Source of the DNA: Octopus sinensis
Taxonomy: Eukaryota
Reading direction: 5' to 3'
NCBI RefSeq assembly: GCF_006345805.1
Contig: NC_042997.1
Span: 13,578,001 to 13,642,000, forward strand
Length of the DNA: 64,000 nucleotides
The notes below the pieces were generated by a model that saw only the letters and a program-made list of their open reading frames with translations, had not been told where the DNA came from and ran no database searches. Shown in pieces: positions 25,849 through 39,759 of the stretch. The translations under genes and the position numbers were made by a program. Positions within the stretch are counted from its first letter, which is position 1. Every line of letters starts with the position of its first letter.

Positions 25849-26140
25849 TAATATTTAGCATTTATGATTTGTTTGTCAGAATAATTATGTAGTAAATCAT
25901 GCCATTCGTGGTATATTAATGCAAGTGTTACTGCCCGTAAATCAGACACATTATCGAATGGCTGTTTGCGTTGAAAGAACGGAAATATCAAAAATTAACC
26001 CGGAATCTGGTACTTCTTGTTTTCGCACGACTTCGAATCTTTGTTTCCGACTAATCATGAGTCCGTACTGAATAAAACTTGTGAATTTTTAACTGTAATA
26101 CCTATACATTAATATAATTCTTTCTATTTTTTTATCTTAG

Positions 26141-26187
26141 TTGTTAATATATTGGCCGATGCAGTGACGAACGCTGAAGGGCAAAAG
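26141..26187 (+). CDS. Gene 1 exon 3: (V)VNILADAVTNAEGQK
   Basis: ttctttctatttttttatcttag acceptor, AAG|gtaaga donor; 47 nt, phase 1 to 0. Confidence 0.78.
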
Positions 26188-27223
26188 GTAAGATCTCAAG
26201 AATCTAAGATTGCCATATGGTTTCAATTCCGAGTTAAAACATACGCATTTCGCTTACGTTGAAAATTTCTTCGAGAATGAATTATACGATAATTCTTTCA
26301 AAATAGGATGTATTTGCAGGTCTGTCCCTATGCAGAGCTTACTTCCTTCAAAGTTTCACAGGGATCAGTAGGCGGGAGGTCATTAGGTTGCCTGTGGTGG
26401 CAGTGGAGATTGCCTTATGGTGAATGGGGATCAGGATGTGCAGAATCTGGAAGAGGCAGTGGTGGGCAATAAAGAAATAGATATCAGGGATAGCGCGAAA
26501 CGGACACTGGCTAGGTCTTGGTCAGTACCAGATGGTCGCTTGGGAGAGGGTGTCTGATGTTGAGAAACCAGAAACACTTAATGATTCCAGAAAAACTCAC
26601 TGATAGTGTGCTCAGGAACTTCAAAGGATAATGTAGGTAAGAAAAACGTTTTAAAGAGAACTGTTTCCCCACCCCCACTCCATCCCTTCCCATCAAAAAA
26701 GAAACACGAAATGATTGCTCGGTAGAATGAAAATCACACTGTGAATGCCACTTTGATTTCGTGCCTAGACACACGCACTCACAAAACAAACAGATACCAC
26801 TAGCACACAAACACACATGCACGCACAAATATATACATATATTTATATACATAAACGTGTGTATGTCTGGACGAGTGAGGCGATATGGGTGCCATGAGTG
26901 ACAGTCATATACTCTCTCTCACTTTCTCTCTCTCTCTTTCTTTCTTTCTCTCTCTCTCCCTGTCTATCTATCTACTTCTATCTTAGATTGCAACATGCGA
27001 ATGATTCCATGTCGTAACTCTTTTACTTTTCCAACTAATTCTGGGTTCCACAATTTACTAAGTGCACAATAGTCAGCGATAGACTTTATAAATATATACA
27101 CAGACAGACAGATAGATAGATACATATATGGAGCAAGGGAGATAAAATGAGAGATATACACGCACACACATACACACACATATATATATATATGAACATG
27201 TATATATATGAAAATACGTGTAT

Positions 27224-27286
<63 letters not shown>

Positions 27287-27410
27287 TACACGCACACAAC
27301 ACACACTCACACAGAAACACATTCACACACACACACATATATATACATATATATAATATATATATATATACACATACATATATATATATATTATATATAT
27401 ACATACATAC

Positions 27411-27486
<76 letters not shown>

Positions 27487-28990
27487 ATATATATATAATA
27501 TATATATATGTATATATATATATATGCATGTATGTATAGACCGCAGTCTATTGTCAGAAGCCAATATAGGAATGTACGTATATATGTCTTTCAAGACAAT
27601 TTTGTGATGCATTTTAACGGATTCTTGTTTCCAGCTTGCTACACTTTATCTTTATCTGAACATGTTTTTTTTTTCTTTTCGTTTTTCAATTTCTGATTTC
27701 TAGTGGGGTTCCTTTAGATTGCTGCACAAAGCATTCGTATCTCCATCTTCACTTGCCAGAGGCATGGCTAAATAGAAATTAAATTTTCTCATGCATCATG
27801 TATGCATGCATACATATGTATATATATATATATATATGTACGTATATACACGTATATACATATATATGCGTGTGTGTGTGTGCGTCTCTGTGTGTCTATA
27901 TGTGTGTGAGTGTGTGTGTGTGTGTGTCTGTGTGTGTGCGTAACATCATGATATATCTTCAGGATTACGCTGTACGAAATTCAACTTCAAAAACATTTGA
28001 TAACATTACATATTATTGATGATTTCGTCAGAATAGCTTGAAATTGATGTTTAGTACATAACGTAACAAAGGTGAACAATATATTTGGCACATTGAGAAT
28101 TAGATTAAGGAAGTAACTAGAGGTTAAAACTGAAGTCAAAATCAAAGTGGATGAATCGACTCTATTGGTTAAAACCTATAGCCAGAGGCAACCAAATTTA
28201 TTGAGATCAAAAGGAGAAAGACACATTATATATTATAATGTCCACTCACTACCCTCTTCGCATCAAATGACAGGATATTGGCTACGAAACTAGCCTGAAG
28301 GATATCTATTGATATTGCTTGCAGAGAAATAAGATCTAAAGATTCAAGAGCGTTACTGAATCAATACTATTCGCTAAAGATAATAAAACATGAATAGCTT
28401 CCTAACAGTGAAACAAACAAAGACTGCAGAATTCTGAGGGCTTAGGCTAAAGTTTAAATATATAGATTACTTTGATAAAGTGGAAGTATATAATGATTTC
28501 TTAACTCTTACGAGGGAAATTGTTTTATTTCTGAAATTCTTTTATACTATCAGAATGATTATTTCGATTTGTTTAGGTAGTGATACTTAGTAAGTGATAT
28601 AATGCACAGGTTTCTAACATGCCAGTAAATTATCTAACAGCATCGAGCCCACTGGATCAAAAGTTATGCATGCTTACATATTTGCGTATAGGACTTTTGG
28701 GGTCCTACTCGTAAGGAAACACAAGTGCCCGAGTATAATTCTGTGACCAGTCTGTGTAAATGTCTCTGCGTTTTTGTGCAAGGGGCGTCAGACAGCAATA
28801 TTATTATAATTATTTAATCTGGAAAAGAAAAACACATAGATACAGACGTGTTTTCATATACATACACATATATAGAGGCATTCAGACAAACACACACATA
28901 TATGGAGACATAGAGATAGACAGACAGACAGATAGATAGATAGAGAGAGAGAGAGAGAAACAGACAGAAAGACAGACAGACAGATGGATG

Positions 28991-29071
<81 letters not shown>

Positions 29072-29589
29072 CGATGTACGTATGGATATATTTGTTGTGT
29101 GCATTTGTACCCAATAGGATGTTAAATTACACAATGTATAGGCAGTTGATTCCAAATTTCCTAGTCGTGTACTATCTACAACATAGTTTGTTTTAAGGTA
29201 ATTTTTAAATTAGCTCCACTAAATATCCCAAGCGATACATTATACAGATTGATTTTAGAATTAAAATAAAATTCCTATATCATCATCTATGTTTTATTTC
29301 GAAGATAAAACTACTTCAAATAAAACCCTTCCTTGACGTAATAAGAAGAAAGTATTTGCAATTAGAATCCAATCTAATTGTACGTACGAAAAATGTTTTA
29401 GTAAGAGTCAATCCGAATAATAACATCAAAACTGGTGATATTTATTGACCTTTCTTTTATCATTGCACACAGGATCAGTTATGCACACACACAGCATCTT
29501 TGCAACTCTCTTAAACACCATCATGTTTTCTAGAGCTGGCATGAGAAAAAATATATATTATTCCTATATAAATATTCACTTCAAGTTTT

Positions 29590-29785
29590 GACACAAGGCC
29601 AGCAGTTTCGAAGGGAAATGCTATGGCGATTACATTGTTCCCTGTGCTCCTCTGATGCTTATTTTATCGATCCTGAAGGGATGAAATACAAAGTCGATCA
29701 CGGCGGAATTTGAACCCAGAACGTAAAGAGGGATGAAATGCCGCTAAGCTTTTCGCTCGGCGAGCTAACGATTCTTCCTGATCGG
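29590..29785 (-). mobile_element. SINE family B, decayed
   Basis: TATCGATCCTGAAGGGATGAAA..AAAGTCGATCACGGCGGAATTTGAAC...GCTAACGATTC. Confidence 0.7.
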
Positions 29786-29954
29786 TAGCTTCTTATTCAT
29801 ACATAAATATCATCACAATGTTAACAAAAGCCTATCTTCTGTCACACGAATTACTAATTGGTCAATTCAATCCATTGTTTTATAAGTTTATTCAATACAT
29901 TGTTTTATTAGTTTAGAGTAACTGATATTAGATTTGAGACAAAAGGGAGAAGCT

Positions 29955-30198
29955 GAGTTAGAGCTTCGAGTTTACGATCGTGAGGTTGTGAGTTCGATTC
30001 CCGGACCGGGCTGCGTATTGTGTTCTTGAGCAAGGCACTTTATATCACGTTGCTCCAGTTAACTCAGCTGTAGAAATGAGTTGCGACATCACTGAGTGAA
30101 CTGGAGCAACATGAAATAAAGTGTCAAGAACACAACACGCAGTCCGGTCCGGGAAACGAACTCAGAAACTCACGATCGTAAACTCGAAGCTCTAACTC
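29955..30198. repeat. Fold-back made of two inverted SINE family D heads
   Basis: 29955-30067 and 30092-30198 are reverse complements; 24-nt loop. Confidence 0.9.
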
Positions 30199-30280
30199 GT
30201 TTCAACGACAACTTATTGGACTCGAATTTTACAGACACACAATCATAATTATGCATATATATATATATATATTGTGAAAA

Positions 30281-30612
30281 CTCATGGCTCTATAGTTAGA
30301 GCTTCGAGCTTACGATCGTGAGGTTCTGAGTTCGTTTCCCGGATCGGACTGCGTGGTGTGTTCTTGAACAAGACACTTTATTTCATGTTGCTCCAGTTCA
30401 CTCACCTGCAGAAATGTGTTGCAGAGTCAATGGTACCAAGCTGTATCGGCCTTTGCCTTTCGCTTGGATAACATCGGTGGCGTGAAGTGGAGAGGCCGGT
30501 ATGCTTGGGCAACTGCTGGTCTTCCATAAACAACTTTGCTCGGACTTGTGCCGTAGAGGGTAACTTTCTAGGTGCAAACCCATGGCCATTCATGACCGAA
30601 GGGAGTTACCCT
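30281..30612 (+). mobile_element. SINE family D
   Basis: Collinear with 35452-35774; B-box-like GAGTTCGTTTCCC. Confidence 0.88.
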
Positions 30613-30618
30613 CACCCT

Positions 30619-30668
<50 letters not shown>

Positions 30669-31279
30669 TAAACAAGCTCAAATTTCAAGGAATATCGCTT
30701 CATACACAACTTTTATTAGTATTCTCTGATCTGCATGTGTTTATAAAACAGGAAAGCAGTTCATATTAGAATATATATAGCGGGATATACCCTGTTTTAC
30801 TTATCCTATATTATTTGAAAAATATATGGATAGAGTATTTGAATGAATTTTGATGTTTAAGTTCTTTTATTGACGTGATATTGAATCGATCTGGATTGAT
30901 TGCGATGCCATATTTTATCTATGGAAATCATAGATATAGATTTCAAGATAAAAAAAAATAGTGTTATGCTATATCAATATTGCTTTGTTATTTCCATTAT
31001 CTTACTTTTATATGATTAGGTTTTATGATAAGCGGTATATTTTTATATGATTAGTAGTAAATTGTTCATATAGTGAAAATTAGGAGATTGTTAAAATAAG
31101 ATTTTTTCTTACATCTCCTTTGAGTTGTTGACATCTATTAGGTGTCTTAGTTTACGGTTTACCACTGTGTAACCTATGAAAGAAGATCTTGTTAAAATTT
31201 TCAGCAGTGATAGCATTAATAGATATTAGGAATATATGTATCAGTGTATGTATATATGTACGTATGCATGTATGTATAA

Positions 31280-31315
<36 letters not shown>

Positions 31316-31333
31316 AGAGAGAGAGAGAGAGAG

Positions 31334-31412
<79 letters not shown>

Positions 31413-31624
31413 GAGCAGACAGACAGACAGAGAGATATGTATATATATTTATACATATACATATATACATGTATATATATATATAAAGATATACATACAA
31501 ACATACATGCATATAGATACAGAAATAAATACATACATACATTCATACATAAATACATGAAGGGATGAGCCTATATGAGCAGAATACTATGCATGGATAT
31601 GTTACTAAAAGCTCCCTGCACCTG

Positions 31625-33165
31625 CCGGGAAATGTTTCAGGTACCTAGGGTGGATGAAAATATATCTTACAGTAGCACCTGTAACAAAACACGTGTCACT
31701 AAAGAATATTACAGCTAAATGAAGAAAATCAGGACCTCAGAACTCGCTGCATTCAATAAAACAATAGCCCACAATGTGTTTGCAGTGCCAGTACTCATAC
31801 CAACATTTGGGTTGCTGGATTGGACGCATGATGAGATCCGAACCAGTGATGTGAAAACCCGAAAAATTTTAACAAGCAAACATAATTTCTACAGAAACAG
31901 TGATGTAGACCGCATCTACCTAAAACGAAAACAAGGCGGAAGAGGTTTAACATCGATCAAAATGCCTTTGGATGTCGCATCAAATCCCTTCGGTAACATC
32001 TTTTAACCACCAAGTGTCGATGTGCATCACTTGACCAAGTTTGCATACATGAGGCTGATAACATGATAAGGCTGATAACACCATAAAACTTGGTAGTCGC
32101 ACGACTCTACCGCAATGCATCATCAAATGAAAGATTGAGCCGATATGAGCAGAAGACTATGCATGGGTATCTTACTAGAAAGCTCCGAGATGATAGTAAC
32201 ATCGATCATCAAAGCAGTTTATCATGCACGAATAACCGGATTACTTTCTCTCACTTTGAAGGGTATGCGTTTGCAATCCAGCAACAGGAAATATCAACCA
32301 AGTACCTGATACACAAAAGGGATAGAAATGCAGGTAAAGCGTGACAACCGATGCAGACTTTCTGAAGATATCACCCACATCGTAAGTAGTTATCCGAAAA
32401 TATCATCACGGTTTTATCTACCGATGAGACATGACGGTGTCGCTAGCTCACTCTATAAAGAAATCCGTCGGAAGGATAATCCCGAGGACAGAGAAATAAG
32501 AACCCACAATATAGTAGTAGCTATAGCCACTCGTAATAAAAAGGAATACTGGTGGAATGTACCAGTGAAGACCTGAATAAAATGTAAGCACAACAGACCT
32601 GATATAAGGATTTGGGATAGGGAAGAGAAACTGTGCACACTTGTGGAAATTAGCTGCCCAGCTGGTGTTAACATAAAGCTGAAGATCAATGAAAAAGAGA
32701 ACATCTATGCTGAACTATTGCGAAATATCCAGATTACAAGTTCAGGTTTATAACTGTAATTATTGGAGCCCTGGGATATGTCACATACTGCCTAAATACC
32801 ACTCTTGAGAATTTAGGCTTCTCAAAACCAGAAAGGAGAAAGCTAAATCGAAGACTGCAGATCCAGTCCATCACTGGAACTGTAAAAATCCCTAAAACTT
32901 TCCAGAAGTTTATCATTTAAATATATATGAGCATGTCTAAATATGCAACTATATGCATGAGAATACATACATAAAACATAGAAATCTGCACATACATACA
33001 TACATATATACATACATACATACATACATGCATACATACATACATACATACAAAAATACCCTGTTGATGATGTAGAAATTCCAACGAAGGAGCATTGGAT
33101 CTAGGTTAGAAACCGGTTGTTTCTCTATTGGTAAGAAATCTTGAAATAAACTGAATAATGACACA
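31625..33165 (+). mobile_element. R4/Dong-type (restriction-like endonuclease) non-LTR retrotransposon, 5'-truncated and decayed
   Basis: FRYLG.DEN, NKTIAHNVFAVPVL..FGLLDWT, SDVDRIYLKRKQGGRGL, CRL.EDITHIVSS, RHDGVA, KHNRPDIRIWDREEKLCTLVEISCP (PD..D/E nuclease); 3'UTR with (TACA)n. Confidence 0.85.
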
Positions 33166-33178
33166 CACATATATATGT

Positions 33179-33623
33179 ATCAAAATAAGCAACAAGGATA
33201 TCCAAGGTAGTGTAGTACAATTGTTTCATGCTACTTCATTTTATTAAACACTCTAAGTATTACATCATTTTTAAAATGTCGAGCAATCTTCAGCCACATA
33301 TAGAAGTTTTTAATTAAATGGACAATGTACATTTTTATACTTATTTTATTTGCCACATTACAAAGAGAGTAGATATATAGACAGAGAGCTTAATTCAATC
33401 ATTAAGAGCATACTGCCACCATGTTCTTAATGATGAAATTAACCTCTCCATCTACCCTCTTTGTAATGTGGCAAATAAAATAAGTATAAAAAGGTATATT
33501 GTTCGTTTAATTAAAAATTCTATGTTGCTCGACATCTTAAAATACTTGCAGTGTTTAATAAAATGAAGTAGCGTGAAACAATTGTACTACACTACCTTGG
33601 ATATCCTTGTTGCTTGTTTTGAT
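33179..33623. repeat. Imperfect fold-back element, ~205-230-bp arms, 9-nt loop
   Basis: Outer 74 bp differ at 2 positions; inner arms align with indels; loop ACTGCCACC. Confidence 0.9.
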
Positions 33624-33882
33624 TATAATCACCCCATTTGATTTATATGGATAATACCATACAAAATTCTGGTGCCTCTAACTTAAGTACCATATTCATC
33701 TGAATTTAAATCTTGCTGAACTTATATATATATATACGAATAAGGTACAGGTTGTTCCGAGGTTAGAAAAATTGCATTTGCTCAAGATACCATACAGTAG
33801 AATCCAACTCAGGACCTCGGGGTTATTAAAGTGGTCTTGTTCATCAAGCAGTCATACTGCACCTGTGCACACATGCATATAT

Positions 33883-34016
<134 letters not shown>

Positions 34017-35451
34017 AATTAAATTTAAACATTTCTCTTGAGGACAGGTGCAAGTTGTAAGAATTATAAGAATTTGTTTCATCTTATTTTAGAAGATATT
34101 ATAAATACATAATTGTATTCATGGAGATAAGCGAGAATGAAAACATCGTCTGAATAATTCGCCCTTTGAAGATGAAATACAAATGCGATTAGCAAATCCA
34201 CATTAACATCTACCAGAATGTATTTAGAAAGATTATATACACCATTGCTTTGATTCTTTCAGTCCTCCGTAAATTCTCCGATGGGAATTTATCGAATTGA
34301 AAGACATCATCATGCATCAGCCAATAATTTGATTGCTTAATTCTAAAAACTAGAGCCACAATTCTTGTTTATGTCCCTTGATCGTCGATTAGCTTTGACT
34401 AAAGGGACACAACCAGCTTGGAACACTGTGGTGTCTCAAAGTTTACTCACCACAATGAATCGAATGTCTTGTGAACACACATACAGCAATTGTTATCCGA
34501 GGACGAAGTACAACACTGATTGGTAAATTTACCTTCGAACTTTCTCGAACTTATTTAAATGAATATGTGAGTCTGGAGATTGGTGGGAATTTTGAAAAGC
34601 GTTAAAAGATTCTCGATCATTGCTACACTTATCTTTGGTTATATTGGTCAAACTTTGTCCGAGAGCCTTCGAAATTGAATATATACGTCACACTTATTGT
34701 ATGGGGGTGGGTTCACATGTTCATGATATGGGTACACTTCTAATTTAAATTGTTTAATTGTCGCATGGATATGTAACCTCCGGTCTCCTTCTATATGCCA
34801 CCAAAGTATTAACAAGAAATCATTTCCTCTAAAGTCGCCATTTTTCTCATTTGAAAAGATGACTATCTAATTTCTTGTGCTGTTTATTGGAATTTTTTAT
34901 ATCTGTCTCTAGGTTTCTCTTTGTATTATCATTGCAGAGTATTACGAGCTGTCTTTTCTAGTTGAAGCTAGCAGTCTTTTTTTAGATAGGTTTTAGCAAT
35001 TCTTCACACAAATTGAGATAAAACAGATTACTATATGTACTTCGTATGTTCATATTTTTTTACCTACGTATTTGGGAATAAAACGATGCATTTTTGTAAT
35101 TAGGAAAGCAATCCTTCCACTACTACAGAAAATATTAACCTAGCTTTGCCGTGTGGTTAACCGCAGTTAAAAGAAAAATGTTTGTAATATAATAAGTTGT
35201 AAGAACGGGCAGTAAATTATATTATTGTCACCACCAAGTTTCTGTCGGCTTGTTGTGCTTCTTTGTTTTTAAGATTTGGATATAATATCGAATTTTAGTT
35301 TTAATTATCTTTATAGCATGTTAGGTGTTTATTAAGAAAATTAAGACTAAACTCCAACTAAAATCACTACAGACTGCAGGTTCGGTATTCTGAAAATGGC
35401 TAAAAGACATCCATGCTCAGTGGAGAAATAGATGTACTATATTGTGCATGT

Positions 35452-35774
35452 GTGAAGGCGCATGGCTCAGTGGTTGGAGCGTGAGATTGTGAGTTCGATT
35501 CCCGGACCGAGCTGCGTGTTGTGTTCTTGAGCAAAACACTTTATTTCACGTTGCTCCAGTTGTCTCAGCTGTAGAAATGAGTTGCGACGTCACTGGTGCC
35601 AAGCTGTATCGGCCCCTTTGCCTTTCCCTTGGATAACATCGGGGAGGCTGGTATGCATGGGCGACTACTGGTCTTCCACAAACAACCTTGCTTGGACTTT
35701 TGCCTCGGAGGGTAACTTTCTAGGTGCAATCCCATGGTCATTCATGACCGAAGGGGGTTTCCACCTCCTCCTCC
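35452..35774 (+). mobile_element. SINE family D
   Basis: GGCGCATGGCTCAGTGG A box, GAGTTCGATTCCC B box; 11-bp TSD ATTGTGCATGT at 35441-35451 and 35775-35785. Confidence 0.9.
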
Positions 35775-35890
35775 ATTGTGCATGTACTATCAGCAAGATA
35801 TGTATATATATGAAAAAGGAAAAGAATTTTACTGGTAGTTTCAATCAATTTGATTTTTTATAATATGATTGCTTTGTAGATCCAATGTTG

Positions 35891-35962
35891 ATACATTTCT
35901 ATCAACAAACACTCCAGAACTAACCATGGTTAGTTTTGGAGTGTTTGTCGATAGAAATGTAT
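35891..35962. repeat. 72-bp loopless palindrome with 2 mismatches
   Basis: ATACATTTCTATCAACAAACACTCCAGAACTAACCAT GGTTAGTTTTGGAGTGTTTGTCGATAGAAATGTAT. Confidence 0.9.
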
Positions 35963-36121
35963 TGTTTATATTGGATATAGAACGCAAACTGTAAAGTTAT
36001 ATAGTTAAAAAATAAATTGAATAAAACTACCAATGGAGTCATTCTTGTCCTTTTTCAAATATACCTAACTGTACCAAGGATTTCACACATATTCCAGTAT
36101 ATATATATATATGAGTGTCCG

Positions 36122-36330
36122 CGAAGGCGGCAAGCTGGCAGAAATTCTTAGGCGTATTTCGTCTGCCGCTCCGCTCTGAGTTCAAATTGTGCCGAGGTCG
36201 ACTTTGCCTTTCATCCTTTCGGGATCGATTAAATAAGTACCAGTTACGCACTGGGGTCGATATAATCGACTTAATCCGTTTGTCTGTCCTCTCTGTTTTT
36301 AGCCCCTTGTAGGTAGTAAAGAAATAGGTA
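36122..36330 (+). mobile_element. SINE family B, with a head deletion
   Basis: GGCGGCAAGCTGGCAGAA...GCCTTTCATCCTTTCGGGATCGA...AAAGAAATAGGTAT. Confidence 0.88.
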
Positions 36331-36387
36331 TGTGTGTGTCCGTGTATGTGCATGTATGCATGTATGTAACGCCACGCATATATATAT

Positions 36388-36449
<62 letters not shown>

Positions 36450-36984
36450 CATTATGTGTATATATCACGGATAGAACAGAAACAATGCAACGAACAGAAA
36501 CCAGCAAAACACACCATCTGGTCGTACACACACACACATTTATATATATTTATTTATCTTTGTTGTATTTAACAAATACTTAGCGAACTAATAGTTCGCA
36601 GTTCAACTCTCGTCGTAAATATGAAACTATCGGTAGAAACCATTCTAAAACTTGATATCACGCTGGACTTTTACTGGATTGTGACATTATTTCTAATTTT
36701 GGAATGTACTGCTGGCATACAACATTCTATTCTACATTAAATTCGTCTCACCAAAACGACTATATCGGTTTTCAATAAAGTAGGAACGAATTTTGTACTA
36801 CATAATCTTAATAATGCGGTTTTGTTGTAATCACCAAAAAAAAGTCTTTCGACAAACATCTTGTTTTGGAATTGATTGGTGTTCTAAGAAAACATTCACC
36901 AGTGCAATTGATAGATAGATAGATAGATAGATAGATATAGATAGATAGATAGATAGATAGATATAGATAGATATAGATATATTT

Positions 36985-37052
<68 letters not shown>

Positions 37053-37085
37053 TATATATATAGATAGATAGATAGATAGATAGAT

Positions 37086-37132
<47 letters not shown>

Positions 37133-37384
37133 TGATAGATAGATACATAGATAGACATACAGACAGATTATTATAGACAGGGATTACATACATTTACGTA
37201 AGTTTATGCACATAACGAGATAAAGAGAGGTGGGGGATATGTTCACCTCCTTATATTACATTGAGCTTTATAAAAATATATATGAACAAATAAGTAAATT
37301 TTAAAAAATTCAATAGTTACAAAGAATAAGTTTCCAAATGTGTTTCTTTGAGTTAGCTTATTGTTCTACTCTTCTATTATGCAG

Positions 37385-37458
37385 ACTGGAAATGGCATTC
37401 AATGCCGTGATATTGAACGCTTTTCTTTTGCTTTCACACAGAGAACACTTTATGATGT
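37385..37458 (+). CDS. Gene 1 exon 4: TGNGIQCRDIERFSFAFTQRTLYD(V)
   Basis: ctactcttctattatgcag acceptor, GT|gtaagc donor; 74 nt, phase 0 to 2. Confidence 0.72.
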
Positions 37459-39759
37459 GTAAGCACTCATTTATTGTAACTATCGATATGACTAACCGCA
37501 ACCCCCTTTTGTAATTGCATTTAACAATGAAGTTAGTGAAAGACTTTATGATTTGCCCTGCATATGACTACTTTGGACTTTCTCAATTAACCAATTCATA
37601 ACTGCGTTATTAGATTTCCCCAACTCTCTGTACAATTGGTAAGGCCTAAACATCAATGATCTTCACCAATTAGTTTGGATGAAAGTGATTAACTGTACTG
37701 TCTTCGATTCAGCCGGCTTTTTTCTTTAATCATGATCTTCTACATCTATTAGGATACATTTTGCTTTATAATCTTCTTATGTCTGCCAGTTTGTCGCCTT
37801 TCTCTCCACTTGTCTTACTATTTCTTTCTGTATTCTGGTTTTGTTTTTATCTCTATAATTTTATCTTTTCTGTTAGCTATGAGAAAACATTTGTATGACG
37901 TTCCCACAGTGACTTCGTTTCCGTATAAGCTTCGTTACACTAAATTATACTTATTTTTCCTCCTTTTAAGAGTAATGGCACTAACAAGAACGGTAGCCAG
38001 AACAGTAACAATAAAAAATTGCTACTTCTACCTTCATTTTTATTTAGTCTAATTATATTCTTTGTCACATAACTTGTTATTAGTAATCTAGAGGAAATAT
38101 GTTCTCTGTAATGCAATCTGTATAATCAGTAAAAATAATTTCGAAAGAGCAACTCTGCTATAGATAACGTATTGGACAGTAAGTAGGATATTCATCTGAG
38201 AATGAAACAACTTTCAGATGGAACAAAATAGGATGTGATTGTCGTGAGATTAATTCTAAAAGAATATTCTGTAATATATTTATTTTCCTTTTAGAATTCC
38301 CACTTTCCATGACCAAACGAAAATGTAAAATGTTACATACTTAAGCTGAGTAATTCTATTCCCTACATAGTATTAATATATGAGAAAGGTATGCATTATC
38401 CAATAGTTGAGTACACGCAGTTTCAAACTAATTTCTCTCTTTTATATCATTTGCGCATTTCTTAATTTTTCTTTAGCGATGTAACAATGTAGTTAGAATT
38501 TTACGGTTATGTATTCTGCTATATAATAATTGTTCTAAACGCACAGCTTAAATCTGCTTCACTGCTTTACTACGCAAATGAATTAACAATTTCCTATCTT
38601 AGTCTACTCAAATAGATAATATTTAATAATCTCAATGAGCTGATAGATTCAATAAGATAATAAAAAAACTTTACGAAGTTACTATCAAATGAGCTCGTCA
38701 TAAATATTACTATAACTATTATTATAGACACTACTTATCATTCTCAGTCGTTAAAATAAAAATATAGAATTTATGAAATGCCAACGTAATTACCCATATA
38801 TGTTAGCTACATCTCTACATTCAGAGTTCAAATCATACTCATCTGGACTTTAATTTTCATACCCAGATGAAATGGAACGTTTCACTCCGTAACTTCATCT
38901 GCAATATAGATAAAAGCAGCTATATTCATTTTGTTTGAGTTAATTGATAAAACGCGATTAATTTATAAGTAAGCCATAGTTAAGCATAAAAACCTTTGTG
39001 AAAATCAAATGTGAAGGATCAAAGTCCTTGTAATCTGATGAATACAACTATTAATCATATATTAACTATTTATATAATCACTGCGTGCTATAATTATTTT
39101 GCATATTGTTACAAAATCAAACAGTATAGTGAAGTCAAATGAATTTGGCACTAGTATTTTGTCGGTCATGCATATGGCGACCATTCACTTAGTTATATAC
39201 TTCTAGTGTAGAAAGCACTGACCTTATAATATGATCAAACACATTCCACGTCCACACTTGAGTCCATACGTAGTGATATTTTTCTTTATTCGCATCCACT
39301 TCCCTTGTCATGATGTACTTGTACTTGTGGCGACATTCACCCTGGGAGGTTTGAGTCGGCTTCTTCCTTGGAAGACGTTTCGTGGGAATATGTGGATTTC
39401 ACAAGCGGTCCCCAACAATCCCGCATGTAGAGACATCCTGTTTGCCACAAATTGTCCACAGATGCAGGGACAAAACGACCGAGGAGCCGCCGGTTACCGA
39501 AACAGACGTTCCGAGGATTTTTACCAGAGCCCTGTCTGCCGGGTTGTGGCCCTAATACCACTGGGTGTCAGACCAATCCGCCCTGGGTGGCCCTACCAGG
39601 AACCGAAGTTCCCGACGGCATAGCTCTGACGCTACCCGTTGCTAGCGTCCCCACCATGATGGCTTTGGTATTTAGCAGCTTATCTTGTGGACGCAATATC
39701 ATTTCGCAATGTGATTTTAATTTAGTTTTACCTTTTATTAGTTTCTGTCAAACGACTCC

